NCBI RefSeq assembly: GCF_006345805.1
Contig: NC_043015.1
Span: 7,812,001-7,876,000, forward strand
From: Octopus sinensis
Taxonomy: Eukaryota
DNA: 64,000 nt
Reading direction: 5' to 3'
Shown: piece by piece, positions 26,790 to 42,340 of the stretch
How positions within the stretch are numbered: the stretch's first letter is position 1
Layout of the letters: each line of letters opens with the position of its first letter
Made by a program: the position numbers and the translations under genes
Notes under the pieces: model-generated
The model's database searches: none
The model's input: only the letters and a program-made list of their open reading frames with translations
Told to the model about the DNA's origin: nothing

Positions 26790-27598
26790 TAAGCCGGCGA
26801 ATTCGGTGGGTGGGGCATCATTTCCCATTCAAACTGCGCCAGCCTTTGGAATGTCATCCTCTTTATATGTGGCCGGGTATTAACCTGATGGAATAACACC
26901 TTTCTTCTTGAACCTAAGATGTTCGTTTTCCTTCTAGCGCTGACTAAAGCCTCTCCGGCTGTTTGCAGTAGATCTCATTTGTCGTCGTCTGGATTGGGTT
27001 TAAAAGTTCAAAGTGAACTAAACCTTTCATATTCCACCAAACATTTAACAAAACCTTACGTGTGGGAATACATTCTTTAGCCTGGGGCACCAGCGTTTCT
27101 CCCTTCCCTACCCAGTATTTTCGGCGCTTGACAATTTTATAGAAAACCATTTCTCGTCACCAATCAATATTTGGTCCCCAAAATATTCATTCGTTAGACA
27201 TGACAGCAAAGAAGAGCACACATTCACTCTCTGCGGGGGATAAGACTGGGAAAGATTGTGAGGAACCTACTGACCTAATTTGCTGTCTTTTCCAAAAGCA
27301 CACGGGTGTTGACGAATTGTTGAATTACAAAATACAAGCTTCTCTGCTAGTTCCTCAACAGCTACGACGGGATTTTCTTCTACCAAGATTTGAAGAACAC
27401 TCTCGTCGGGCTCTACCGATCTCCCAGGATGAGGCTAGTCTTCTAGGCAGTAGCTTCCGGCTTGGAATTTCTAGAACCACGCTTTTTGTCCGACCCCCAT
27501 ATACCGCATCAATATTTCTCGCGCCTTCCATTACGTTGTTGCAGCTTTTTGAACTCATAAAGCAAAATATGCCGAATATCTTCCATTGTCACTTCTAT
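26790..27598 (-). pseudogene. Mariner (Tc1/mariner, D,D34D-type) transposase pseudogene, 3'-truncated
   Basis: EVTMEDIRHILLYEF / ARNIDAVYG / KFQAGSYCLED*PHPGRSVE / VPHNL / IGDEKW (GDEKW at 27147-27161) / KVLLNVWWNMKGLVHFELL / HQVNTRPH / PHPPNSP. Multiple frameshifts and stops. The second catalytic D reads V and the third D is lost. Confidence 0.92.
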
Positions 27599-27750
27599 TA
27601 TAGCTTTGAAAAATTAACTGTTAACATCGGACTGCACTCTTCAAAACTTGCTCTCAGAATAAGGACAATGTGAAAATACTACCTATTATTATAGCAAGTT
27701 GATGCAGGTAGTTTATCCTGTCCCTCTCCGACTTTTAGTTCATGCAATTG

Positions 27751-27783
27751 AAAAAATTGCATTATTCATGGGATGACTCAATA
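27751..27783 (-). mobile_element. Mariner 5' terminal inverted repeat plus TA target
   Basis: Minus strand reads TA-TTGAGTCATCCCATGAATAATGCAATTTTTT, ~155 bp upstream of the transposase start, and resembles mariner TIRs. No partner TIR was found at the other end. Confidence 0.6.
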
Positions 27784-29645
27784 CTTGATAACATTTTCTG
27801 TCTTTCCGCTTTTACTGATGTTTTTCTGTACGTATGCTGTGCTGAGAAAACACAGAAACATTCTCGGTTGTCTCAATTTTGCTTCAATACCAGAGTTGGT
27901 TATGGCAGCTGGTGTAATAAATACTTGCACGTGTTCATGGCCAGTAAATATTTATGACTGAAATAATCCAAGGCCTTACTGACAAAAGCAAAATGCTGTT
28001 AGGGCCAGTCACTGTAACCTTGATTTTTCACGATAATGAAAGTCTTATACTTAACGTGCTCCCAATCTGACCGATTCAAACGACATTGCATTTAGCACAT
28101 TAGATTTTCAGTGACTGATACTAATTGTGGATACAGTTGAAATCACTGTAGATAATGTCATGCGAATGACGAATGGCGAAAGTACTGACAGGGATCAAAA
28201 ATAAAATAATTGCTTTTAATATAGGTACAAAAGCAGAAATGTTGGTGCTGAGTTTTACTCTATTAAACGCACAAAAATACAAAGAATTAATAACCATCGA
28301 GGGAGAAATTGTTTATCCATTCTGATCCTTGTTTTGTTGAACACGTTTTCGCAAATGCGGATTACACACTTCAATGTTTTTCAAAATATCATTTTGTGAC
28401 TAAATATATAACGACAGGTAAAGAAACACCCGTCGTAATTCAAACTATAGGTAAAGAAATACCCGTTGTAATCAACTTTATTAGGATTTTCACTGAATTC
28501 TTACTTATAAAAATCTCCTTTAAATCCATATTTCTGCTATGAATTTTCAACTACCAAATGCTTATACATCAATTTCCTTCAATTGACTAAACAATTAGGA
28601 AGAACAAAATGAAAGCAGTTCCGTATTAGAAGCTGATGAATTCTTTGGAATTGAAACTTAATTGTTTTAAATGCAATAGTTGTACTTCAGTGTGGTTATT
28701 GACATGATAAATTTGAGATTTCTTATCAGATTTAGATAACGTAAGCACCAATATATTCCGAACACTAAAAAAAGAACAAACGCAAGTGTTGTTTCGAATA
28801 GCTTCTATCAAAAAATGTCCATTAAATATCGACTTTTAATCAAAAAATCGAGATAGTGTGGCGTTTTTCCTCATGAAAAAGCACATTATTTCAAGATCAC
28901 TATATATGTTAATGGATTTACCAATATTCGCAGGGAACGTGATTCTATATGGAAGTATTTTTTTTTCCAATTTTTCGATTATACCTTAGAATCACCTTTT
29001 CTAAAACACAGTTTATTATTCGGATTCATTTAGAGCTATTGATGTTACTACTGAATATATTAACAAAAACAATATCTAGAGAAATAAAAATCCTCAATTT
29101 CGCTTTATTTCCTTAAAGTTATACATGTTAGGTAATATAAAGATGGCAGTTTAGAGACATAGAGGTCTAGAATACAATAACTTTTACTAGTCAAACAATA
29201 TTTTATGCAGCAAAATAATTTTATTAGACAGAGCGTGAATAAATTCTGAAAAAGAATGTGAAAAAGGAGTAGCAAACTTGTTCGGCTTGGATTTTCAATG
29301 GAACAATTTTAATTCACTTCAAGTAATTGCCCATGAAGAAAAGCAATACTATAACTGCTTCACCATGTATTTCTCATATTACAGCAGCATAGCTTGCTGT
29401 GGTTGTAGGTGCAAAGAGTATGCAAAAGCACTAGAAAACCATATTGAAGCAAAAAAAATGATAAATAAACAATAAATATTGACGTACCAAACGATTCATA
29501 CGTAGGTTTTGACCCAAAAAGGAACTGCATGTTGTGTGAAAGTCACTTCAAACATGACACGGGGTGATATATAATATTCTAATATTCATATATTGAGAAA
29601 GCTAGAGGAAGTTATTTGGAAAATAGATAGGGATATAGAGTGCAA

Positions 29646-29691
<46 letters not shown>

Positions 29692-31637
29692 TAGATAGAT
29701 TGAGAGATAGCTAGATATATGTATCCATATGTGTGTGTATGTATGCATTATGCTTATATGTATGTATGCATGCATACAACAGTGGACGTCAAATAGAAGG
29801 GAAACAGAAACGAAGAATTTGTCAGATTTCTTGAATAAGTAGGTACCTGTAAATAGTAATCTCGTAGCTCCTTCTTGTCCTTCAATATTTACAAAGTCTG
29901 TTTATTTTTACAGAAGCTGTACATTTTTTACAGAGGCTATATATACTCGAAATTCCAACGATTGGTAACATTTTCTAATATAATTTCGAAATTTCTTGAA
30001 TATTTTCTTATTTCTTGAAAACGCGACTTATTCTTATAAATATCACTTTGAAGAGATTTGGGATAGAGAAAGCAGGTTATTAGGGCGTATTTTAGAGGAC
30101 ACCGTTAGCTATAGCAATTGACATATAAAATGCTTCAATGTCACCTTGTACAGAACTAAACTTTGCAATGCAGTTGTTTCGACTTATTGGAAATATATTT
30201 GATAATATTGAATTCAAGAAGTTATCTTAAAACTAGCAGGTTTAAGATGAGGAATGGAGTATAGCGTAGCTGATTCATTTATCGTGGGAAGATATTATAG
30301 TTATTATAGGCTTTAACACGTAAATTTAGATATCACGGAAACTGATTTCCTTTACCGGCAAAAAAAAAACAACACATTTGTAAGACTACAAAATAATTGA
30401 CGATTTGATCGAACAAATTTATTCATATTCCTGATATTACAGACCAGGGCAAGGATGAAAGTTAAAGAGAAACCGATGAGGGATTGATCTTAAGAAGTAG
30501 AGAGAAAGCAAGGAACTATTTCAAAACTCCCTATTTTTAACTCGCATCTGTTTCCAATATTTCCGGTACATCACCATCAAACGGAACAACAACCTGTAAA
30601 TATATGTTTTCGTTTTAAAGAGAAATCGGTCCAGGTATAATCATTAGATATACACCCACCTGCAGACACTAGCAACGATGTCAAACGATTATATGGCTAG
30701 CGTTAATAATAATCTATATGAGAACGCAACGAAAATTGAGTACTTCATTATGGAGGAAGTTGCAAGAAATATATTAAAATAAAACATTTGTGAAAGTTCC
30801 ATTCTCTTAAAGATTTCATATAATAAAAGTATATAACAAAAGCGATGCTCATTTATATTCCACATAAAATTATATATGTCGTGTCTTTTATTGGAACATT
30901 CATGGAAATTGATCTAAGAGAATATAAAAATAATAAATTTCTTCACAACTGTGAGGGAAAGGGGGGGAAATAAAGAAAATAGTTGGTTAATATGGTAAAA
31001 TAATGCGTATTTAATTTTCCGTTTTGCATAAGAGTGAAAAGACTCAAACGGGCATTAAATAAGATAAGAGTTTGCGGTGTTTGGAAAATCTTATCCTCGC
31101 TTCGATTAATATTCTTACGGAAATGAATTGAATTCGGAATAGGTTTTATAAGGGAAACTTTCAAACGTATTATATCCTCATAAATTACACGAAACTTATC
31201 ATCAAATCGATGGCACCAGAAGTTGTTTAGATGGTAAGAAGATATTTGGAAGATGGAGAAAAAAAATTTTTTAATGGATAAATGAATACATACAACTTAT
31301 CAGGATATTTCATGAAATTATGGTGCATACAAACGTCCATTATGTCATGTTATAGAAAAATACATTGAAAACACGTTTTCAAGAGATACATCTTATTTTG
31401 CATATGTACTGAGACACAAGTGCAGACACAAATACACAGACATATAAATACTCACATACCAGGTAAATAAATTAATAGACATTAAGATTTTAAAAAATTC
31501 ATTCGTTGTTTACACTGCAGTCCTGTATATTACCTCGTTACAGTCAAAAACTATTGTCTTCATCAAAATTAAATTTTAATGGCATTTCAGTGAATAGTCG
31601 GAGTAAAATAAATATGTTCGGTGTATATACATACACA

Positions 31638-31675
<38 letters not shown>

Positions 31676-32458
31676 TATATATTTATATTTATATATATAT
31701 ACACTCACACAAACATATACGTGTATACATCTTGTTATAAATGTATATATATATATACACTCACACAAACATATACGTGTATACATCTTGTTATAAATGT
31801 ATATGCATATAAATCAACCACCCACAAGCAAATGATACGCGCATATATAAATAGAAGCAAAAAATATCCTAAACCAATTCCGGATACACTAAATGATAAA
31901 GGATGTTAACTGAAATTAGTAGCACAAGGCAAATAAACATCCGCGTTACGTTGAAATGTAAATATATATATATATAAAAAAAGTAAATAATTGTAAATGT
32001 TATTGCTGAAAATCTAAGATGACTTGCGATGTGTCAGTGTTAGAATTTTAAATCGTTACGTATTAGTGACATAACATTGTTTAGGTAAACTTTACTTGTT
32101 TTCAAATATTGAAATAAATCTCACGCTCCTACATTATAGTTCAAAGCATTTCCTGCAGACGTTGAAACGACGATGCTGTTTTGTTAAAATGAACAGCAAA
32201 TATCTCGTAAAATGCTGCGTGGTGTGATAATGAAGCCGACTTGTTTTAGAAGACTAACGTTTACACATGTAAACACACGTTCACACATGCTTATAAGTCT
32301 ACCGAGACTCCAGTACATACCAAGGAATCCATAGAAGTATGCATATATATATATATATATATAAAGTTAATCCACATATATATATATAATATATATATAT
32401 AAATATACCGAAGTTTAGAAATAGCTGTCAAAAACAAATATATGTATGTATGTATGAA

Positions 32459-32527
<69 letters not shown>

Positions 32528-33310
32528 GCATACATATATATGTATGCATGTATATAAATATATATATACACACACAAACATATATATGTATATAAATGTA
32601 TGTTTATATATAAACACACACACATATATATACCCATTTATATATATTTATGTACGTTTCTTTATGTGCACACAGAGATGTGCTTTTTGCCTGCGTTCAC
32701 GTGCATGTGTGTTCGTGAATAATTAGATTCTGAGATGATGAAATGTAATCGACGCAATTGTCAGTAACTTCAAAGTTTATGGCTTTGCATCAATTGCTGA
32801 AAGTTCCAAGACAGTATCATTATTTTTTTCTCCGTATACTAAACGTGAGTGAGTGGGTGTTTCTTAATGAATATGTGGTGTAATTAAATGGAACGATATA
32901 TACGGATTAAGAAAACAAGGTTCTTCAACAGTATTGCTAAGCAAAATGCATGCGTCTGTATATAATAGAAATAGCTTATCATAACAGAGAAATCTATTAC
33001 AAAACCTTTGTTTGTCTCTTTTTATTTCATTGCTAAATTACTTTCACACGTTTTAAAATTCCCTACAAAACTTCTTCAATTAAACCCATCAAATTGATAG
33101 AAATAGATGTCTTCCTACAAACGCAAAACTGATAAATTATATCACATGATCAGTGACAGTCACAATGCATTCATTATAAGAGATTTTTTTTTCTTATCTT
33201 GGTAACGGGGAAAAAAATTCAGTAGAAAAGATAAAAAGGCATATACGCACATATCTTCACACAAAAACATGTAATCATCTAAACACACAAATTAGGTGAA
33301 TACACTCTGC

Positions 33311-33358
<48 letters not shown>

Positions 33359-33699
33359 GTGCACGTACGTTTAAATGTTTGGCTTGTACACGCTTCAGTG
33401 AACATGCATTGAAAGCATACAACTACAGGTACGCGATTGAATCTATGATCAGTGCTGAGCGAGCGAGTAAGCTTCTGTTCCTATTCAAATGCGTTCAACT
33501 AAGTAACCATGTGTAATCGAACGTATATACGCGTGTATTCATCGTTGCAGCAATGATGAAGCAACGTGCCAAAAAATTATTTGGCATGAGATAAAGTTCT
33601 TTAGTGAAAAAGTAATTGTAAAAAGAATCGTTAAAGTAAAACGCGTTCACACACATATGCACACATATATGAATGCATACATACATACATACATAGATG

Positions 33700-33709
33700 T
33701 ATGTATTAC

Positions 33710-33768
<59 letters not shown>

Positions 33769-34295
33769 TATATAAGTGTATACATATATAGATATATATG
33801 CATATATAAGTGTATACATATATAGATATATATGCATATATAAGTGTATACATATATATATATATATAAATATATATAATATATATGTATATTATATATA
33901 AATATATATATGTATATATATATATAAATATATATATGTATATATATATATAATATATATATATGTATATATATATATAAATATATATATGTATATATAT
34001 ATATAAATATATATATGTATATATATATATATAAATTATATATATATATATGTATATATATATATAAATATATATATATGTATATATATATATAAATATA
34101 TATATGCATATATAATTGTATACATATATGTATATATATATATATAAATATATATATATATGTAAATATACGTATTTATATATGTATATATAAGTGTATA
34201 CATATATGTATATATATAAATATATATATATACACACATCTCTGTACGTATGTATGCATTCATATATTTGTGTATATATATATATATATACAAAT
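33700..34295. repeat. Complex AT-rich micro/minisatellite
   Basis: (TA)n with recurring variants, including a ~34-bp unit atatatagatatatatgcatatataagtgtatac. Confidence 0.9.
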
Positions 34296-34992
34296 GTACA
34301 CACAAAAAATATATTGAAACAGGAAATCTCAACAGTTCGCTCCAACACTTCCTTGAAAATACTTCCAATCCTTCGTTTTCCTTTAATCGTACAAACTAAC
34401 GTACACTTACACACATAAACACACACAAGCACACCTATTGTCACTTCTATATTGATGCAAATAAACGCATATTGAGAAATGCAAATGTAACCACACACAC
34501 ACTTTTACGTACAATTGCTTGTCGCTTAGGTATCTTCCTTGTATGAAATTCTCTTCAATACAGTATCTCTTGAAAATTCATCCTTTGTTTACATAAATTC
34601 TTATTTTTATTACTGTTTGCAGGAGTAAATTCTGTGTTACTGTTACCAGCTTCAATCTCCCTACTCGCATACATACATACATACATACGCGGAAATATAT
34701 AAACATGCACACATGTGTAATTTATACATACACAGACTCAAAAAACCACAGAAGCTTTGCACACACACAAACACACACACATGGATATTAGTGTATCTCG
34801 GTGCCTAAGTGTATGTGTTAGCGTTTCTAAGGGTAAAATCAATGTCGCACTTTTAGAAATAAGTATTGAAAACTATTTCACGCATACCGCTACTTACACA
34901 ATTAATGTTAGTGGTTTTCTGAATAAAATAGCTACAATAATATATATAACAATATAGTTACACTTATACATACTTATATATAAATATATATA

Positions 34993-35046
<54 letters not shown>

Positions 35047-36073
35047 CATATATGGGTGTTAAAATATAGATAGTTAAATAGATACATCAGAGAGAGGTAG
35101 AGGGAGAGAGAGATGGGGAGAGAGGGGGAGAGAGACGGAGAGACACAGAGAGAAAGTGAGAAAATCAACTATGTGGTAAAGTGGGATACTCGGTTGTGCT
35201 CCAAATAAATACATCGGTGTTTTAGTATGTAAAGTGTGTGTTTGTGTGTCTACACACACACAGATATATGAATATGTGTGCATGCATGAATATATATATA
35301 TTTAAAAAATAGAAAAACGCAGTAGAGTTAAATAAAACATCCAGATATATAGACAATACAAAGGTGGACAGGAAAAAACAATAATTAGAGGGACAGGGAA
35401 AAAAGGACGGTCATTCGTGGCCTTCTTTTGTCAGTCAAGTTACCAGACGTCCTTACAGTTGCGGATAGTTACACTTGAGAATGTTCGATCTGGTTGCCTC
35501 CCAAAAAGTCTAAGCTAAGAGCATTAGATGTTTCGTAAGAAAGCTAGCGAATGCGTATGGCAACAAAGACAAAATAAAATGGCGAACATTGTACACAATA
35601 ACAAATACAAACAGCAAGAATATAAACAACAGGTGTCTTTCGATTGAGGACGAATCTAATTGAGCCGGCGTGTATAAAGTGAAAACCTTAATACAGGAAC
35701 ATCGGAGATGGACATAAGAGACGTTGGCGGTCGTCCTTCAAACCAAGAACGATCATGGCTGGCCTAAAATAGGTCAGGCGGAAGAAAGAGGAAGGGGTAG
35801 GGGCAGCTGGAGTGAAGTATTAGGAAAAAGTCAAATAGACAAAGGGAAAGGTACAAGGGAGATAATCAAGGAGGAAAAGTGGGAGTTAAAGAAAGAGAGG
35901 CCCAAGAAATGTGAGAGAGGGTAGTGAGAAAGAGAAAAGTAGTAGAAAGTATGAGGGAGGACTAAAAGACAGGGTAAAAGAATTGTACAAAATTTAGATA
36001 CACACTTACTATAAGGTGAGGGGCGTATACATACATACACACATACATTCATACACACACACATATATATATA

Positions 36074-36458
36074 CACTCTTTACTCTTTTACTTGTTTCAG
36101 TCATTTGACTGCGGCCATGCTGGAGCACCACCTTTAATCGAGCAAATCGACCCCAGGACTTATTATTTGTAAGCCCAGTACTTAATCTATCGGTCTCTTT
36201 TGGCGAACCGCTAAGTGACGGGGACGTAAACACACCAGCATCGGTTGTCAAGCAATGCTAGGGGGACAAATACAGACATACATATATATATATATACATA
36301 TATTCGACGGGCTTTCAGTTTCCGTCTACCTAATCCACTCACAAGGTATTGGTCGACCCGGGGCTATTGCAGAAGACACTTACCCAAGATGCCACGAAGT
36401 GGGACTGAACCCGGAACAAAGTGGTTGGTTAGCAAGCTACTTACCACACAGCCACTCC

Positions 36459-36463
<5 letters not shown>
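36074..36463 (-). mobile_element. Near full-length SINE family B
   Basis: actcttttactcttttacttgtttcagtcatttgactgcggccatgctggagcacc...gtgggactgaacccggaac...cttaccacacagccactcctg. Confidence 0.93.
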
Positions 36464-36495
<32 letters not shown>

Positions 36496-37164
36496 TTACA
36501 TTTACACTCAAAGGTGGAATATCAACGCGGTTCGTTTAGAAACGTCTGCTTCCGAAGAAGGTAAAATATGGAGTCATTCAATGAACGAGGGTAAGAAACA
36601 TTTATACTTGTAGGCATCATGTCACTCAGTTTGACTGGGTGTACGTTAGAACTGGACAAGATTGTATTCCTGTCTGAATCTGGTTTCGTCCACAGGGATT
36701 CCTAAATGTATGTCGAAAAATTGAAGCAAATCTCGGTTGCGTTCCTAGTGATCCTGCTATAACTACTACTACAACCGTAACAAAACCCACACCAACTACT
36801 ACTACTACTACTACTACTGAAATTTGTAGTAGTTGATATTGGTCTTGTTATTGTTGTCGCATTACTATACCAGGAACACTAGGTATAGTAATGCGATATA
36901 CATATACACAGATATGAATATATGTCTAAGTGTGTGTATATGTGTGTTTGTGCGCAACATTACGTTTGAAATAGTTTTCCCTATTATTTTCATTTTGTAA
37001 AAGTGCGACTTTATTGACTCTACACTCATTCACACACATCTATATATCTACCTATCTATCTTTTCATCTGAAAAATTTGAATATTAATTTGATTAATATC
37101 AATTTAAAACCAGTGGTCTAGCATTTTAAAATCTGAAGATTCGAAAGAATTATTGTACATACGT

Positions 37165-37169
37165 ATAAG

Positions 37170-37214
<45 letters not shown>

Positions 37215-37270
37215 GTCTGTCTATCTTTCTGCATGTCTGTCTGTCTGTCCGTCTGTCTATCTATCTATCT
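37165..37270. repeat. (CTAT)n/(CTGT)n microsatellite
   Basis: Directly visible tetranucleotide array. Confidence 0.9.
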
Positions 37271-37591
37271 AAGTCGGGAAATGTTCTTTCCTTGTTCTGC
37301 ATATATAAATTTATTGATTAATGTATCATCTCTGACTTCATAATTTATTACTAGACTTTGCACAATTGGGTTTCTTATTAATTCTACCTGTGAAAAATGA
37401 TAGTTTCGAAAAAATTCATTGTATGCCACCGTCTGGTTCAAAATGTCAACTAATTATCCTTTGAAAATGCTTGGCGTACAGCTAATGTAATTGCATTATT
37501 CATAAACTCCAGCAGATTGATGTGACGATGGAAATTGTCTCTTTTCTTCTTACGAAGCCACATCCATAGATTCGTTTAAAGATATTGCATT

Positions 37592-37794
37592 AAAATTTTG
37601 GGACAAGGCCAGCCAATTCAGGGTAGAACTTAAATCAATTATATCGACTCCACTGCTCAACTGGTTCGTATCGAGTACGCAAAGATGAAAGCCAAAGTCA
37701 ACCTTGGTGGAATTTTAACTCAGAGCACAAAGACGGACGAAATAACACCTAGTATGTTGCCCTCGCTCTAACCATTACGCCAGCTCTACGCTTT
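37592..37794 (-). mobile_element. Degenerate SINE family A (variant tail)
   Basis: aattttgggacaaggccagc...tatcgactccactgctcaactgg...ggaattttaactcagagc...cgccagctc. Confidence 0.8.
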
Positions 37795-38204
37795 AACTAA
37801 GATAAAGATATTAAACATTATTTGTACTGATCACATTAGCTGTGATTTCCTTACAGCGACTCAGGATACCTTTTTATATAGTAAGGGTCTCATTTAGACC
37901 TCATATTTCGATAGACAAAACACCCATAGGTCATGATGATTGGATTCCGCTGCAATACGTGTCGATATAGCGTATAATATTTTTATTAGCACACGATAAA
38001 AAAAAATATATGCATGCTCATCTAATGTTTAGAAAACATCGATAAGAATATCTTTAATTTTACATATCTTATGTTTTGTCTTTTACATGTTTCATTCATT
38101 TGACTGTATGGGACAAAATATATGAGTATATGTGTGAGAATATTATACGTATATATATGAGGGAAAGCCACTTGGTATATATGTATGAATGTATATATAT
38201 GAAA

Positions 38205-38440
38205 GGTGGCGAGCAGACAGAATCGATAGCAAGCCGGGCGAAATGCTTAGCGGTATTTCGTCTGCCGTTACGTTCTGAGTTCAAATTCCGCCGAGGTCGA
38301 TTTTGCTTTTCATCCTTTCGGGGTCGATAAATAAAGTACCAGTCACGCACTGGGGTCGATGTAATCGACTTAATCCCTTTGTCTGTCCTTTGTTTATCCC
38401 TCTATGATTAGCCCATTGTGGGCAATAAAGAAATAGGTAT
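38205..38440 (+). mobile_element. Full-length SINE family A
   Basis: ggtggcgagcagacagaatcg...ctgagttcaaattccgccgaggtcg...gtgggcaataaagaaataggtat. Confidence 0.93.
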
Positions 38441-39494
38441 ATGTATGAACGTACAATCCAGATGAAAGAGAGATTACTATCGCCTTATCCCAGTATCCAG
38501 GATTCTCCAGGGCTATAGTAAGTGATGTTCCTTCTATACCATGGAGATTGACAAGGCGAAACCCGCATACTCTCCTTTCGCGCGAAAATATCAGGTTCAC
38601 CTCTATGTGATGCTGCCTATTTTCGAACTGGTGGTATCACATAACGTGAGGAGTAAAATTTCATAACGCTGTTTCAATTTTCCTTCTCTAGCTTTAAGAA
38701 TATTTCGTGCTTTCTTTAAACTAAAATTTTTAATTACACAAAAATTAAGGACATTGCACTTAATAATCATGCAGGAGTTTTCTGTCAATCTGCAGGCGCC
38801 TAGCAGTCGATTAACATCGATTAGTCATTACAACACTTAAAATTTATCAACTCTTAGCTCCAGTTCATTAAGTGAGCCGAGTTATTGTAACATTTTTACA
38901 CATCATCTAATGCCAAGTCATATTTAGTTAAAGTCCATGGCTGCCTCATATTTGTAGCAGCATAAAATTCAAAGTAGCAGACGTTTTCTCCATGGCTTCG
39001 TTACACTCTTACTGCTGCTAAAAAGTGATCAATTCTAAATGCAGAAGACACTCTCAATGAATGCACGCACACTCATATGCTGACATAAGAAAGATCACTG
39101 GCGCAAACACACAGAGGTATTTAAACCTCAAAGGACTAGCTTTGTATTTAAAATCAAGCGTAGAATTTAAGAAACTGGAGGCAATTTTCTCCCAATCACA
39201 GATAGAGAAGGTTTGTTGGTGTAAATCCAGTGGGTGACTTATTGGAATGTTGTGATGGAGAGAGATAGGACATATTTATAGACGATATAGAAACATTATC
39301 AGACAGTAGTCAATGCCAAATTAGCAACAGGAAATAGAAATTACGGGGAACGTGCGTGAGAGATGTACGAGATTATGAGGGAAAAGTACTCCGAAAATAT
39401 TAGAGAAACACCATATTTGGCAAAATTTCAGTTAAATTCTATACAAGAGAAATGTGCATGCATACGTAGATCCACACATGCTCACATACACACG

Positions 39495-39543
<49 letters not shown>

Positions 39544-40759
39544 GTGTGTACATACATGCATGCATTCATACACAAACACACACGCATACATACACATGCA
39601 CACACGCTCACACACATATATATACAGAGAAGCAGAGAGAGAAAGGTAGAGAGGTGGGATTGCACTGATTTTAGTCCTCAAATATTAACTGGGCATAAAT
39701 TAAGAAAGACGAAAGACAATTGTATATGATATAAATATGCCTTACTAAAATTTCTCGTTTTGATGTATTGTTCCTTATGATGCCGAGTAAAGATCTAGGA
39801 GCAAGTAACATGGAGGATTAACCGTGATGATCAGGGAGAAATATTTTTTGTAGTCTCTTATACGCCACGTCAACGACAGTAACATTAGCAGCGAGTTTAT
39901 TTAGCTTATTATTCCAGAGCTGCTGAAGATTGTAAAGCTGGACTTCGTTGTATTAACCTCTATAAGTTTGCATGGTGACGAGAGAGCATTTCATGTACAT
40001 TAATATAGATCATCTATCTTCCTCATCCAAGAACGTCATATATAAATCGATGTATCGATTGCTTCTTTGGAGGAGGGACGAGCTAGCAGGTCTCATTTGA
40101 GTTTAACTTCGTCGTTAAGGTGAATAGCTGAAGCCTTTTCGGTGACGGCGAATGGGCTGAGAGAGGTTCCTGTCTTCAGTGTGTTGGTCTTGTGTCTATT
40201 CACATATTTTATTCCTGTTTGCTGTTATTTTTCGGCCGTTTTCTTGCACAAGAACATAACCTGCTTTCAACAGAAACACACACCTGGCTTCATATACACT
40301 CTAGTTAATATAGGTATCGTTAAAATAGAGATTATTAGTTTTTTTTTACCAAGAACGATGTGTAGAGACGTAAAGAGGTTGTTGTTATGCTAGTGCAAGC
40401 GAAAACTTTCAAAATATGGAAAACTTCCACACTCACGAAATTAAATATTTAACGAACAACAGTAAAATGAAACCAATGCGGGAATTGTAAAAACTGTTTG
40501 CATTTACGTGGGTATATGTCTTAAAATGTAAGTGCAAATAGCTTAATGCAATGCTAAAATGTTTAGTTATATATGTATAAGTGTGTGTACAGATGTACAG
40601 GTATGTCAAATTTAAGTTTAAGCTATATTGTTTATTTGTTGAAAAAAATGGTTATAAAAATTGTTGAAATTTCCTTTTTTGTTATTCGTATTCTTCTATG
40701 AAGCATGTGCAGAATAATTCGAAGGTATTAACTATGTTTCTAACATAAACCCGTACCCT

Positions 40760-41250
40760 CGCTAACACATATGCATGCACATACAAATACATACAAATGC
40801 ATACATATGTACTTATGTGTGTGTATATATATACATACATACATACATATATGTATATATATATATATACATATATATACATACATACATATATGTGTAT
40901 ATATATACATACACACATATATACATACATACACACATATACATACATACATACATATATACATACATATATATATACATATATATATATATATACATAT
41001 ACATATATTTCTGTATATATACATATATATACATATATACATATCTATATGTATATACACATATATATATATGTATATATACATATATATATATGTATAT
41101 ATACATATATATATATGTATATACATATATATATATATGTATATACATATATATATATGTATATAAATATATATATATATCCATATATATATATGTATAT
41201 ATATATATATAAACATACATACATATATATGTGTATGTTGTCATACATGC
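40760..41250. repeat. Complex (TA)/(TACA) microsatellite
   Basis: Directly visible. It generates the IYIY ORFs at 40.7-41.3 kb. Confidence 0.9.
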
Positions 41251-42278
41251 TTACCTATAGGCACACAAAGTCACACGCGTGCACACGCTTATATATGAAC
41301 AACTCATCTTAATTACAAAAATAGCCTTTTTTCACAATAGCTTTTGATATTTTTTTTTTTAAAATTCGTCTGTCTTATTCGTTTCCTCTCACTTCTAGAT
41401 GTCCTGTTCTTCAACTATTCCCAAAACCACTTTATTTAGAAACATTCGACAACCATCTTTTAGACATACATTTTGTTTACTATTAATACACATATATTTC
41501 CATAGTGTAAAACTAACATTACTTTTTTCCCCTTCTACTTCAGTATTTCTTCCATTAATTCCTGAAGCTTACTCTGCTCTCTATTTTTGTCATGTCGTAA
41601 CGTCATTTTTATCTTTTGTCATTGTAATCAATAAAATGTGTTCGTACTGTCGTACTGATATTTTTTCTGTACATTTTCCTCTTTCTATTTAGTTTTACTT
41701 ACCTGACGCCGTTCCGTTATCTTTTCAAGAAATAATTCTAGAACTCTTGAGGATATAAATTGTCAATTCTTTCGTATAGTGTGCTCTGCGTATTGTTCTC
41801 CTTATATTTTCTATTTCATTTTATCGTTATTTTTCTTTACCGTTTTTCCAGGGAACTAATATAGTAATATCTTTACAGAGGTGATAGAATTTTTTTTATA
41901 AAAATAATCCGCAGAGCTTAGATTTTCGAAGCTACTGTCATGGACATTTAATGTTAGAAATAATGGTTCAATATGAGATGTTAAAACTTATATAATGGAG
42001 TAGCATTGTTCTACTTCACTGATTTAGTTCTTGAATCAATGCTTCACAAGCGAATGTTTTATTGTTGTTGTTTTTATTTTATCTCCTTAAATTGTTTCCT
42101 TTATACCATTTCAGTATCTAAAACAAAAGGAGATATACAACATTATATGCCACATTTGTAAATGCAGCAGCATATGATATACGACACGACACTCAGCTAT
42201 TGTCTTTCAGCCTATAAATATAATCATCAGTAAGTATAAACATATATATATATATAATGTAATATAATGTGTGATATA

Positions 42279-42340
<62 letters not shown>

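Noticed and set aside
27200-27673. 157-aa plus-strand ORF
   Set aside because: It is antisense to the mariner transposase pseudogene.
33647-34498. 283-aa ORF and the many other IYIY/CVCV/THTH ORFs in the track
   Set aside because: They are translations of (TA)n, (TG)n and (CA)n microsatellites, which lack stop codons in those frames.
35400-35790. Segment that recalls an abundant octopus repeat
   Set aside because: Single copy in this window with no diagnostic ends or motif, so it cannot be supported from the sequence alone.
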